64,000 nucleotides of DNA from Pseudomonadota bacterium. GTDB lineage: Bacteria; Desulfobacterota; DSM-4660; Desulfatiglandales; Desulfatiglandaceae. The translations under genes were made by a program, and so were the position numbers. The notes under the pieces were generated by a model that had not been told where the DNA came from, searched no databases, and saw nothing but the letters and a program-made list of their open reading frames with translations. The stretch lies in the NCBI GenBank assembly GCA_043808585.1, contig JAZDES010000221.1, positions 11,380-75,379 on the forward strand. The letters run 5' to 3'. This document shows positions 51,850 to 60,447 of this stretch, in pieces. Each line of letters starts with the position of its first letter. The first letter of the stretch is position 1.

Positions 51850-52827
51850 TCATCTCACTTCCATGATTTTGAAGGCGATCTCTTCACCTCTTCGCTCTAA
51901 CAGGCCCCAGGCCGGCCCGTTAACGCCCAAGGCCGGTCCTAGACTGATGAAATCTATTCCTCCCACAGTCCAGTGCCCCCATTCCTTTGACTGGCTGAAT
52001 GCAATAATCTCTGCTTCGAACTGCGGTGCCATGGCCTCGAGTGCAGGAAATACTGTCTCATCATGTAAGAACTGGGTTAAACCGCACACCATATTTATTT
52101 CAAGGGCAAATGGTTCGAAGTCCGAAAATCCGGGGAGATCCTGGAGGTATTTTCCAAAAAAGGCCATCCCTCTCTTTTGAGCAATCTGGAATAAAAGGAC
52201 CTGGGGAAGACAGGTAAGGTAGTCTCTCTCCTTCTGCTCTAGATCGGGCAGTTTTTGTGACTCCATTCCCTGCCCATACTGCCAGTCCAGTTCTCCCTGA
52301 ATGGCCAGGAGTCCTTGTTTTCTTATCAGCCCGAGAATATCGCTACTATTCGATAATCGACCCGTAAGGTTTCCCAGGCAGTAGACCGTCTCAACCCCCT
52401 CTTTGCGGATCGCGTCAATAAGGCCTTGTAAGACATCGCTGCGTCCCTCCAGGTCGCCTATCAGGCCTGCGCGGTCTCTAAGCCCTGTGTCCTTGTATAC
52501 CCGAAATGAGTGCGCTGGAGCAAGGGTACCGTCTTGTACTGCCAACAAGGCCTTGGTCAGTTGATCCGGGCATGAGGTGTCATTCCTGCACCGGATGTCT
52601 TTGATCAGCTCCAATACCTCTTTTATGGGTCTTTGTCTCAAGAGCCGGCTCACTGCCTGGGCGTTGCCCGGGCAACCTCCACCTACGAAGCGTACTTCCT
52701 TGAGGACGTCCTCTTGCGTCTGGAAATGGATCTCCGGCGGACATACGCCCTTTGTTTGGTAAACAAACCGCAAGGTTTCATTGTTCGATTTCACTTGTCG
52801 TTTCCCGAATCCGCTTTCAATCGGCAT
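51850..52827 (-). CDS. TSCPD-domain (TIGR03905-like, 4-Cys) fused to a degenerate calcineurin-like metallophosphoesterase domain
   Basis: The N-terminal 90 aa read GVCPPEIHF...VRFVGGGCPGNAQAVSRL...RNDTSCPDQLTKAL, with the literal TSCPD motif. The C-terminal domain follows the MPE layout, but motif I reads GDLEG (not DxH) and motif II reads LGN (not GD). Confidence 0.7.
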   Translation of the reverse strand: MPIESGFGKRQVKSNNETLRFVYQTKGVCPPEIHFQTQEDVLKEVRFVGGGCPGNAQAVSRLLRQRPIKEVLELIKDIRCRNDTSCPDQLTKALLAVQDGTLAPAHSFRVYKDTGLRDRAGLIGDLEGRSDVLQGLIDAIRKEGVETVYCLGNLTGRLSNSSDILGLIRKQGLLAIQGELDWQYGQGMESQKLPDLEQKERDYLTCLPQVLLFQIAQKRGMAFFGKYLQDLPGFSDFEPFALEINMVCGLTQFLHDETVFPALEAMAPQFEAEIIAFSQSKEWGHWTVGGIDFISLGPALGVNGPAWGLLERRGEEIAFKIMEVR

Positions 52828-53110
52828 CTGCTATGATGCGTTCGATACAGGCCCTCAGTTCCTCCTGACCGGGGGTTTGAGCGAATACAAGTTCCCCTTC
52901 AATAAAGATGCTCGGAACAGGCGCTGGCCGCCCCAGGGCCTTGGAAATCTCATTGTACCGGGTTGCACCTTCAAGCTGTTTGGTGATGACCTTTTCCACT
53001 CTGAGGGCGTCACCGAAATCTGGTGCCACGGAATCGACCACCCTGGCCATGTACACACAGGGGATTCAGTGTTCCCCTTCATGGAGAAGTACCAAGCGTA
53101 TTGGTTTCAT
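52817..53110 (-). CDS. thioredoxin-fold selenoprotein, U-x-x-C motif (Sec at TGA 53066-53068)
   Basis: My translation from the ATG at 53110 (RBS gggagg 7 nt upstream) reads MKPIRLVLLHEGEH-U-IPCVYMARVVDS... It continues into ORF-track ORF 52817..53056 in the same frame. The cis-Pro block VPSIFIEGELVF is present. Confidence 0.78.
53033..53050 (-). promoter_or_regulatory. candidate SECIS hairpin
   Basis: The minus-strand RNA auggcc-AGGGU-ggucgau has one bulged G. The loop lies about 22-26 nt after the UGA. Confidence 0.4.
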
Positions 53111-53243
53111 CTCATGCCTCCCTCAGGAAGTTGAAGCGCAATAATGCTCTTTCCAATTAAAGCGTTATTACGGAATTTAGCTCCGGTTGGAAATCGTCCA
53201 AGGGACGATTTATCCAAACAAAGTAGATGATAATAAAATGGGG

Positions 53244-54044
53244 CTAAAAGCGCAATAGGGGAGCAGATACCTTCTTAAGGGCGTCCTGAAGGCTGGTTTC
53301 TGTAGCGGTGTTTACGATTTCTTTGATTACTGCATATTTGAGCAGCACGGTCTTTTTCATGCCCAAAGCAAATGAGGTCACAAGAAAACTGAAGTCAGAA
53401 TGATATTCCTCCTCGAATCGGGTTTGCAGGTCGCCCAGGGGTCTCCCGAGGTCATATACCCTTTTTAAAAGCTCCATTATCCCTTCGTCTGAAAGAGGTT
53501 CAGGTGACTGGATTTGGACCTTGCTGCAATAATCCATCTCGAATTCAACAACATCGGCAGGAAGCTCCACACCGTACCTCTTCCACATCTCCTTCAAGGC
53601 CTTTTTCCCGTTACGGTTTTCCATGGTCCGGGTCTTGCCCATTTCCTGGCTCCACAGACCATAGGATCGGCACCCGAATGTCCGGTATTTGTATATTGTG
53701 CACAGGCCGTCGGCCATAAATGGACACCCTCTAAGGCGGGCCGGATTGGTGAGGTAGAATTCCGCGAACCTTTTAAGCAGGACGGTCGACTCGGGCTCAG
53801 GCATTGCCTGCAGGAGCTTGAGCCATTGAAAGGCCTCAAGCACTGTCATCTCCGGCAGAAATATGCAGCAGAGTCCCGGCTCCTTGCACATACATTGGGT
53901 CTCAGGCAACCGGCTATAGAGGTCTTGCAACCGTCCGAAAAGCGGTTCTGCAACTGGCATAAACGATCTCAGATCTTCCAGGGTGATCATCCGAATCCCC
54001 ATGAATTGGGCTACCAGCCAAATTGGATCAGAACCCGATTGCAA
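53244..54044 (-). CDS. YkgJ-family (CxxCxxCC-type) zinc/iron-chelating Cys-cluster protein
   Basis: CMCKEPGLCCIFLPEMTVLE...GCPFMADGLCTIYKYRTFGCRSYG follows the UPF0153/YkgJ pattern. The start codon is uncertain because several in-frame Met codons are available. Confidence 0.65.
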   Translation of the reverse strand: MQSGSDPIWLVAQFMGIRMITLEDLRSFMPVAEPLFGRLQDLYSRLPETQCMCKEPGLCCIFLPEMTVLEAFQWLKLLQAMPEPESTVLLKRFAEFYLTNPARLRGCPFMADGLCTIYKYRTFGCRSYGLWSQEMGKTRTMENRNGKKALKEMWKRYGVELPADVVEFEMDYCSKVQIQSPEPLSDEGIMELLKRVYDLGRPLGDLQTRFEEEYHSDFSFLVTSFALGMKKTVLLKYAVIKEIVNTATETSLQDALKKVSAPLLRF

Positions 54045-54111
54045 AAGAAAGAAAGAAGTTGAAGGTAGTAGTAAAAGACATGCCTGGTTGTTGGCGTATC
54101 TCTCTCAAGGC

Positions 54112-54498
54112 TCAATGCACTGAACCGGAGGTGATAATCTCCTCCTGCAACATCATCTTGAGCCTGGTCTTCCACAGGGAGTAAAGGTCGGCCAAGGCCT
54201 TATCACAGTCCATAGATCTCCCCAGATACTTAAGTTGCCCGAGGCAGTAACCCAATTCCAGGGAGAGTATGATGCTGACCGGTATTGCTAATTCTTGTCC
54301 AATCTCTGCAGGGAGACGACCTTTTTCTACCTCTTGGAGGAACGTCTTTTTATCAAATTCCGGCCCCAGTAATTGAAAAACCCGCTCTACGATGGCCTTC
54401 AGCATGGCTTCGTAAAAGTCGCTTCGATCTGCGTCTATTATGATCTTTTCTCCAAGCAGCGCGATCTTCGAATCCATGGCTTCGGCCAAAACCCCCAT
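54112..54498 (-). CDS. hypothetical protein (helical, 128 aa)
   Basis: It is an ORF in the same operon orientation with tight spacing to its neighbours. I recognise no motif. Confidence 0.45.
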   Translation of the reverse strand: MGVLAEAMDSKIALLGEKIIIDADRSDFYEAMLKAIVERVFQLLGPEFDKKTFLQEVEKGRLPAEIGQELAIPVSIILSLELGYCLGQLKYLGRSMDCDKALADLYSLWKTRLKMMLQEEIITSGSVH

Positions 54499-54517
54499 TA
54501 GTTTTCCTGCTAAACAC

Positions 54518-55162
54518 CTACAATCTTTCCAGACCGGTTATGACCCCGTGGCAGCGGCACGCCGTGCTCAGAAGAAGCTGACCCCCGGCCTTATCCACCT
54601 GGTCCATCAACGAGCGAAGCTCCTTGGGGCGGTAACCGCCGACACCCGGCGCAAGTTGGCGGCTCCTGATGGCGAGCGGCCGATAAGGGAGAAACCTTAT
54701 GTCCCCAAGGATCTCAAACATGTTCTGTTTTCTCTTTTCTCCTGTAGCCGTACAGATATCACGCGGTTCCGCACAATCATCAGGACACCTGAAATCGGCG
54801 TGGCTAACATATATGTTCCCGTCGGTTCCGCGAATGGAATTAGGGAGAAGTGGCTCAATACCATGTGGCAGGGTGACGCGTCGAAGCCGCCCAGGGCCTA
54901 GGCGGGCCAGAATCCACTCAGCGGCCAGGTGAACGGGCAAGGCGGGAATAATCCAGTCCGGGTTGCCGTGGGTGAAGAGGTTTTCCTTGAGAAAGTCTAC
55001 CCCATCGGCCTTTTCGAAGGTAGAATAGGGGCCCTTGCACCGAGAAAGATTCTCCTCAACCGGATCTACCAGTACAAAACGCCTCGTTTTTCTTGTTTTC
55101 GAGAGCCTCTGGTAAGCTATCGATCCAAACCGGCCCACACCGATTATCCATATCTCTTCCAT
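54518..55162 (-). CDS. Rossmann-fold protein with C-terminal Cys motif, unknown function
   Basis: The N-terminal IWIIGVGRFGS...VLVD is a dinucleotide-binding motif. A later CPDDCAEPRDIC and a C-terminal CRCHG are present. Confidence 0.55.
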   Translation of the reverse strand: MEEIWIIGVGRFGSIAYQRLSKTRKTRRFVLVDPVEENLSRCKGPYSTFEKADGVDFLKENLFTHGNPDWIIPALPVHLAAEWILARLGPGRLRRVTLPHGIEPLLPNSIRGTDGNIYVSHADFRCPDDCAEPRDICTATGEKRKQNMFEILGDIRFLPYRPLAIRSRQLAPGVGGYRPKELRSLMDQVDKAGGQLLLSTACRCHGVITGLERL

Positions 55163-55283
55163 AATAGTGAGTTTAATACCACACTACCGTGTCTGCCTTC
55201 AACTCATCCCTCAATTTCTCATTTGAACTTCGTTCAATTCGTGGTAGTCTTCGTAGAGGATATCTTATGCGGGGGCCCTATTA

Positions 55284-55475
55284 ATGGATCAAGAGATGAT
55301 TGAATGTCTTATTCGTGAGGAAATAAACGCCTATTGTTCTTGTCCTAAGATTGACTGTGAAAGACACGGCCTTTGTTGTCAGTGTATCGTGGCACACAAG
55401 AACAGGTTGGATACTGAATTCATAAAACGTTTCCCGCACTGTCTGAGAGGGCTTGTCGAAGAAGTGATGGGTTGA
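55284..55475 (+). CDS. small Cys-rich protein (CxC-x5-C-x5-CCxC-x3-H pattern)
   Basis: CSCPKIDCERHGLCCQCIVAHKN...PHC resembles small cytoplasmic Cys-rich proteins of anaerobes (DUF6485-like). This comparison is from memory and is unverified. Confidence 0.45.
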   Translation: MDQEMIECLIREEINAYCSCPKIDCERHGLCCQCIVAHKNRLDTEFIKRFPHCLRGLVEEVMG

Positions 55476-55703
55476 TGGCCCAAACGGCTTGATGCCCCTG
55501 GGAGCAATTCCTCTCCTCAGAACTCTATCCCTTTTTGGGCCTTGATTCCCGTGCTGTAGGGATGTCTTATTTCTCTCATCTCTGTGACAAGATCTGCAAT
55601 CTCAATTATTTCTCTCCTTGCTCATCACTGCTGGAACCCCAGGTGCGGACTATAATTTCGGTTCTTGAAGAGATTAGGGTGCCGTTACCGGTCTCTTGAA
55701 CAC

Positions 55704-57464
55704 TCAAGGAATTGTTTTTCCGAAGGATTTTCCACAGGCTATGCATACCCACTTAAATGCTTCATCTACAGTCGAAACATGAACTGGGAAACTAAAGTTT
55801 GCCAGCCCATGAGCCATTTGTGTGATTTGAGGCAGTTTCAATCCAGCCCTTTTCATAAGCTCTGCTTTGGCTAAGGCCATACGGATTGGAGCATCCAGGA
55901 CGATCCGACCCTCATCAAGCATGACCACTCGCTCGACATCCTGAGTTAAAAGTCGCATGTTGTGGGTAATAAGGATAATGTTTTTGCCCGAAGCGTTCAG
56001 ATTTCGGAGAATTCGCATCAATAAGTCCGATAACCCTTTATCCTTGCAGGAAGACGGTTCATCCACGATGAGAATATCCGGCTGCATGGCCAGTACCGAT
56101 GCCAGGGCAATCTTTTGCCGAGCGGCTTCTCCTAATGAGAAAACCGGAAAATTAAGAGGGTAGGCTAACTCTACCGCGATCAGGGCATCGTGCACTCGTC
56201 TCTCTATCTCCTCGGGTCTTAGCCCCAAGTTCTTCAAGCCATAGGCCACCTCCTCTTCAATCGTTGTGCAGAACAACTGGTGATCCGGATTCTGAAAGAT
56301 GTACCCGACTCTGGTGACAAGTTCTTTTGTCGAGACCTGCCTGGTATCAACCCCGTGTATCGTGACTTGGCCACTTGTGGGTCTTAGCAGACCGAGGGAA
56401 TGCTTAGCCAGGGTGGTTTTCCCGCTCCCATTTTTCCCCAAGAGAGCGATATATTCGCCCCGGCCTATGACTAGGTTTATGTCACGCAGTGCTTCGCTGC
56501 CATCAGGATAGGCGTAGGATAGGTGTCTGATTTCTATGGCCAGGTCGTTGGATATCTGGAAAGGCCGAGCAAAAAGGTGAGGGATAGAAAGTGTAGGAGC
56601 GGATTGGCTCTTACCAGTAACCAAACTCCCTATCATGTCCTGAGCTGCCTCCAGGGTCACTGGTAATTCCTCTTTCCAAAGCCCACTTTCCGATAATCGG
56701 TAGCCCAGTTCTGTCACTTGAGGTAACCAGACACCATTTGCTGCTGTTGAATCCATTCCTTGAAAGAACCTTTGGGGTGCTTCTATGTGTAAGATCCCTC
56801 CCTTGTTCAGCAGGACGAGGCGATCCACCAAATTAATCAGTTCCTCTGTGTTGTGTTCCACGATGACTGCGGTCGTTCCAAATGTCTCTTTAAGGTCATG
56901 GATGGTCGAGAACACCTCTTCCTGGCTTGGTCCATCTAAATTGGAGAGAGGTTCATCGAGAACTAATACGTTAGGTCGAAGGGCAAGTATGGATGCCAGC
57001 GCCAGCCTCTGTTTCTGTCCGCTGGAAAAGGCCAGAGGGTGCTTATCCTCGTATCCGGAAAGGCCAACCACTTTTAGGGCCCATTGGATCCGGCTCAACA
57101 TCTCCTCATATGAATAGCCGAAGTTCTCCAGGCCAAATGCTACCTCATCCAATACGCTCATGGATACAAACTGGGACTCGGGATTCTGAAAAAGCATACA
57201 AACCCGCCTAACAATTTCTTTCAAGGTTACAGTCTTGGTCTCTACTCCTGCCACGTACACCGAACCGTTCATCTTGCCGGTCACAGCGTGGGGTATCAAG
57301 CCTGCTATTGCCAAACATAGGGTGGTCTTCCCAGCTCCGGTAGGGCCAATGACTCCTACTACTTCTCCCTCGCCAATTTCCAGATCGATCCCTTTCAGAA
57401 CCCAGTCTTCACCGTCTTCATATCTCCACCACAGATCCTCTATGATGACCATCTTGCCATTCAT
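55704..57464 (-). CDS. ECF-transporter duplicated ATPase (EcfA-EcfA' fusion, CbiO-like)
   Basis: There are two complete ABC cassettes (GPTGAGKTT/FSSGQKQR/LVLDEP and GKNGSGKTT/FSLGEAARQK/LIVDEP). The start is probably the ATG at 57464 (MNGKMVIIEDL). Confidence 0.88.
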   Translation of the reverse strand: MNGKMVIIEDLWWRYEDGEDWVLKGIDLEIGEGEVVGVIGPTGAGKTTLCLAIAGLIPHAVTGKMNGSVYVAGVETKTVTLKEIVRRVCMLFQNPESQFVSMSVLDEVAFGLENFGYSYEEMLSRIQWALKVVGLSGYEDKHPLAFSSGQKQRLALASILALRPNVLVLDEPLSNLDGPSQEEVFSTIHDLKETFGTTAVIVEHNTEELINLVDRLVLLNKGGILHIEAPQRFFQGMDSTAANGVWLPQVTELGYRLSESGLWKEELPVTLEAAQDMIGSLVTGKSQSAPTLSIPHLFARPFQISNDLAIEIRHLSYAYPDGSEALRDINLVIGRGEYIALLGKNGSGKTTLAKHSLGLLRPTSGQVTIHGVDTRQVSTKELVTRVGYIFQNPDHQLFCTTIEEEVAYGLKNLGLRPEEIERRVHDALIAVELAYPLNFPVFSLGEAARQKIALASVLAMQPDILIVDEPSSCKDKGLSDLLMRILRNLNASGKNIILITHNMRLLTQDVERVVMLDEGRIVLDAPIRMALAKAELMKRAGLKLPQITQMAHGLANFSFPVHVSTVDEAFKWVCIACGKSFGKTIP

Positions 57465-57474
57465 CTTCAGACAC

Positions 57475-58335
57475 CTAGGATACTGAGAGATAGCCGTAAA
57501 CATATCTATCTACAGTCACGACAATGAAAAGCGCGGATGTGGAGGCCAACAGGACATAGTCGTAGATATTCCATTTTAAGTGCCTGAAACAGGTTCTGTG
57601 TGTGGTTTGAAGGGTGAAGCCGCGTGCCTGAAGAGCTAGGTCTACCTTTTTTATATTGATGAACATATTGGCAAGTAGAGGAGATGCCAATTCCGACAGC
57701 CTTTTCATTCGCTCTATCAGGGAGCCGCTAAACTCCATCCCTCGTGCCCGCTGGGCCTCGACCAAGGCCCACCAACCATCAATAAGGGTCGATATAAGGC
57801 GTAGGATGAAGGCAGAGGCAAAGCAAACCACATAGGGCAAGCGAAGAAAACGCATAGCCATTATGACATCAGCCTCCCGTGTGGTGCACAGGAAGATGAG
57901 GCTGATAAATGAAGCAGTCAAGAACCGGGAATAGAAGGTCACGATGACCAAGAGGGTCCTCTCTGTAAAATACGAGCCCCATGGCAGGGTGAAAAAAGTG
58001 ATGCGGCCAGGGACTTGGCTGAAAAAGGCGTGGGAGAGGGCTGCAATCAAAAGCAAGCCTGACATGGCCACAACGATCTTTTTCAAAAATACCCCTGGCA
58101 TGCGTGCCAACAGTAAACCACCACAGACCAGGGACAGCAAGAGTAGGCTGGCGTATATGTTCTCAATCATAAAGGCCACTGCACCCAGGAAGACTACCAT
58201 CACTAATTTGGTCAGAGAATTTATACGTTGGAGAGGAGAGTCGGGAGAGAAGTAATAGAGAAAAGACCTGATTTTGCTGCCTTTTCCTAATGCCGCCGAC
58301 CTTGCTTTATCTCCGCAAGCGCAATAGGTTGTCAT
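57475..58335 (-). CDS. ECF-transporter transmembrane component (EcfT/CbiQ family)
   Basis: It is a polytopic protein with the C-terminal ARG-type coupling motifs (AQRARGMEF...ALQARGF). Confidence 0.8.
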   Translation of the reverse strand: MTTYCACGDKARSAALGKGSKIRSFLYYFSPDSPLQRINSLTKLVMVVFLGAVAFMIENIYASLLLLSLVCGGLLLARMPGVFLKKIVVAMSGLLLIAALSHAFFSQVPGRITFFTLPWGSYFTERTLLVIVTFYSRFLTASFISLIFLCTTREADVIMAMRFLRLPYVVCFASAFILRLISTLIDGWWALVEAQRARGMEFSGSLIERMKRLSELASPLLANMFINIKKVDLALQARGFTLQTTHRTCFRHLKWNIYDYVLLASTSALFIVVTVDRYVYGYLSVS

Positions 58336-58347
58336 ACTACGGTCCTG

Positions 58348-58968
58348 CTAAGTCAAGAAACCTTTGGCATAGGCTCCTGTTGTCCGGGCAAATTTGGTGA
58401 AGCCCTTCAAAATGAGTGGAGTGATAAACCCAAGGAGCAGCAGAGATGCGATTACATATTGCACCCATATGACAGCTACGGCTCCGCTGGGCCAGATGCC
58501 GAAATAGACCGGGATCCAGGTCCCCCAGGTGCAAGCGATCAGGGTGTTGATTAAGACGCCAAAAATGATGAAGATCACCCAATCGCGTCTCGTGTTCAAG
58601 CCAGGGTCACCTTTTAGAAGCCTGAATGCAAGCAACGGGATGCCTGCCATAAAAACATCGTTGATAACCCAGGGCAGAGCCACTATCACTGGCGTGCCTT
58701 TAAGAATACCGCCTATAGCACAACCGATATAGGCGGCAGCCACGCCCCATGCTCCAAACCACAGGGCGAAAGGGACCATCAGTGGCACAGCGGGACAAAA
58801 CCCCAGAGGCAGACCGGGTATCACCGCGAATAGGAAGCCAGCAGCCGTGCAAAGGATGGCCATGACAGCCGTACAAAAGGCAAATGTCACGATATGGGTC
58901 GTTTTCAACTTCGGTGTGTTGTCTCGATTTTGTACATTCATTATCTTATCCCTCCTTTCCATAGACAA
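58348..58968 (-). CDS. putative ECF substrate-capture (S) component
   Basis: It is a membrane protein of about 6 TM segments located directly upstream of ecfT and ecfA. The substrate is unknown. Confidence 0.55.
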   Translation of the reverse strand: MSMERRDKIMNVQNRDNTPKLKTTHIVTFAFCTAVMAILCTAAGFLFAVIPGLPLGFCPAVPLMVPFALWFGAWGVAAAYIGCAIGGILKGTPVIVALPWVINDVFMAGIPLLAFRLLKGDPGLNTRRDWVIFIIFGVLINTLIACTWGTWIPVYFGIWPSGAVAVIWVQYVIASLLLLGFITPLILKGFTKFARTTGAYAKGFLT

Positions 58969-59021
58969 AGAAAGTTGTAATAGATGGTGATGGCTCTATT
59001 AATAAAGTTGCAAATAGGATA

Positions 59022-59273
59022 TTAACCCTTAAGAAGGCTGACTATTCTTTCCACACCGTACACCTTTCCCTGGGCTACCAGCACACCATCTATAGCAAGG
59101 GCAGGGCTGAGTGGCAGACCATATTTCTTTCGTACTTCTTCTGAAAGGACCCACAGCTTTACTACCTCTGCTTCTATCCCGGCCTCTACCGCTGCCTTCT
59201 TTGCGTTTTCCAACAGTTCAGAGCACTTTTCACACGGCGGCTCCAGGCCTATGACCTCTATTCGCATCAACAA
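59022..59273 (-). CDS. small thioredoxin-fold protein with CxxC (Thioredoxin_3 / MTH895-like)
   Basis: IEVIGLEPPCEKCSELL...SPALAIDGVLV. It is the Cys counterpart of the two UxxC proteins further upstream in the window. Confidence 0.7.
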   Translation of the reverse strand: MLMRIEVIGLEPPCEKCSELLENAKKAAVEAGIEAEVVKLWVLSEEVRKKYGLPLSPALAIDGVLVAQGKVYGVERIVSLLKG

Positions 59274-59296
59274 TCTCCCTTTCTTTCACTTTAGCC

Positions 59297-60436
59297 TTAT
59301 TGCTCCCTCATTAGATATGGGGGATCCGGGTAGGCAGGGCTGAAACACTGCAGATCCACGGTCTCGAACTTCATTCCCTGGTCTTTGAATAGCCTGGCAA
59401 CCGATTCTCGCACAATCCGTTCCAGATCCTCTGGATCAAGCCTTACCCGTGCATTCAGGATGAGGGAACCCTTAGAGACCTCGCCCAATTGGTAGCCACC
59501 AACGACAGGCCCTGCAGAGAGGTGCGTGATGTTTGTCCACAGGGTTTTCCCGGCACTGGTGATCACAAACTTTAAGTGCCCGATTTCGCTGTCTCGTTTC
59601 CTGAAGGCATCCCTGAGCTCCACGGCCAGGGCATTGGCGAATTGAGCGGCATTGAAGGGCACACTGGCCTTGAATGTAAATGCGGCATTGAGCCAGCCCA
59701 AAACCGCCTCTGCCGTTGCATACCGGTCATAATCGATCTGCCTCAATACAGTGCCTGCCCCTGGCCTGCCTGATAAAAGGTCCTCCAACCATGCATCCAT
59801 TCCATGACCCTCTGTGGCTGAGACAGCTGTTACGGTCTTTTCCGGAAATGTCTCTTTGAGGCGCGACAGGATCCTTTCGGTTTCCTCGTGTGAAAGGAGG
59901 TCAATCTTGTTTAGGACGATGACATCCGCCTCTTCCAACTGCTTTTGAAAGAGGTAAGAGACCTCCTCGGGAAAGGCTGTGGGTGTTTCATGGAACAGGA
60001 GCTCGCGAGCACGCTGGGGGTCGACCATGATGGAGAAGGGGGCAAACCGGAACGCGTCCTTATAGTGGATCTTTATGGGATTGGCTACCGCAGCCACGAA
60101 ATCGGTGCAGCTGCCGACCGGTTCGCCCATAAGGATATCAGGTTTGTGAGCCAGGATCTTTTCCACCTGCTTGATCAGGTCGTCGAACTTGCAACAGAAG
60201 CACCCCTCTACCACCTCTTCCACTGGGATTCCAAGTTCGCTGAGCATCTGCTTTACAATCACCGTGTCCACAAGGTTTTCGCTCTGGTCGTTGGTGATTA
60301 TGCCCACTCTCATGCCGCGGCGAATCAAATCCTTTGCAAGGGCTGCCAGGGCCGTTGTTTTTCCAGAACCCAGAAATCCGCCTGCAAAGATCAACTTCAC
60401 AGGCCTTTCCACGGTTAGTTGCCTGGGGACTCTCAT
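59297..60436 (-). CDS. G3E-family P-loop GTPase (COG0523/CobW-like metallochaperone type)
   Basis: GGFLGSGKTT (P-loop), EGCFCCKF (GCxCC-like metal motif) and VLNKIDLL (NKxD) are present. Confidence 0.7.
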   Translation of the reverse strand: MRVPRQLTVERPVKLIFAGGFLGSGKTTALAALAKDLIRRGMRVGIITNDQSENLVDTVIVKQMLSELGIPVEEVVEGCFCCKFDDLIKQVEKILAHKPDILMGEPVGSCTDFVAAVANPIKIHYKDAFRFAPFSIMVDPQRARELLFHETPTAFPEEVSYLFQKQLEEADVIVLNKIDLLSHEETERILSRLKETFPEKTVTAVSATEGHGMDAWLEDLLSGRPGAGTVLRQIDYDRYATAEAVLGWLNAAFTFKASVPFNAAQFANALAVELRDAFRKRDSEIGHLKFVITSAGKTLWTNITHLSAGPVVGGYQLGEVSKGSLILNARVRLDPEDLERIVRESVARLFKDQGMKFETVDLQCFSPAYPDPPYLMREQ

Positions 60437-60447
60437 CTTATCACCTC

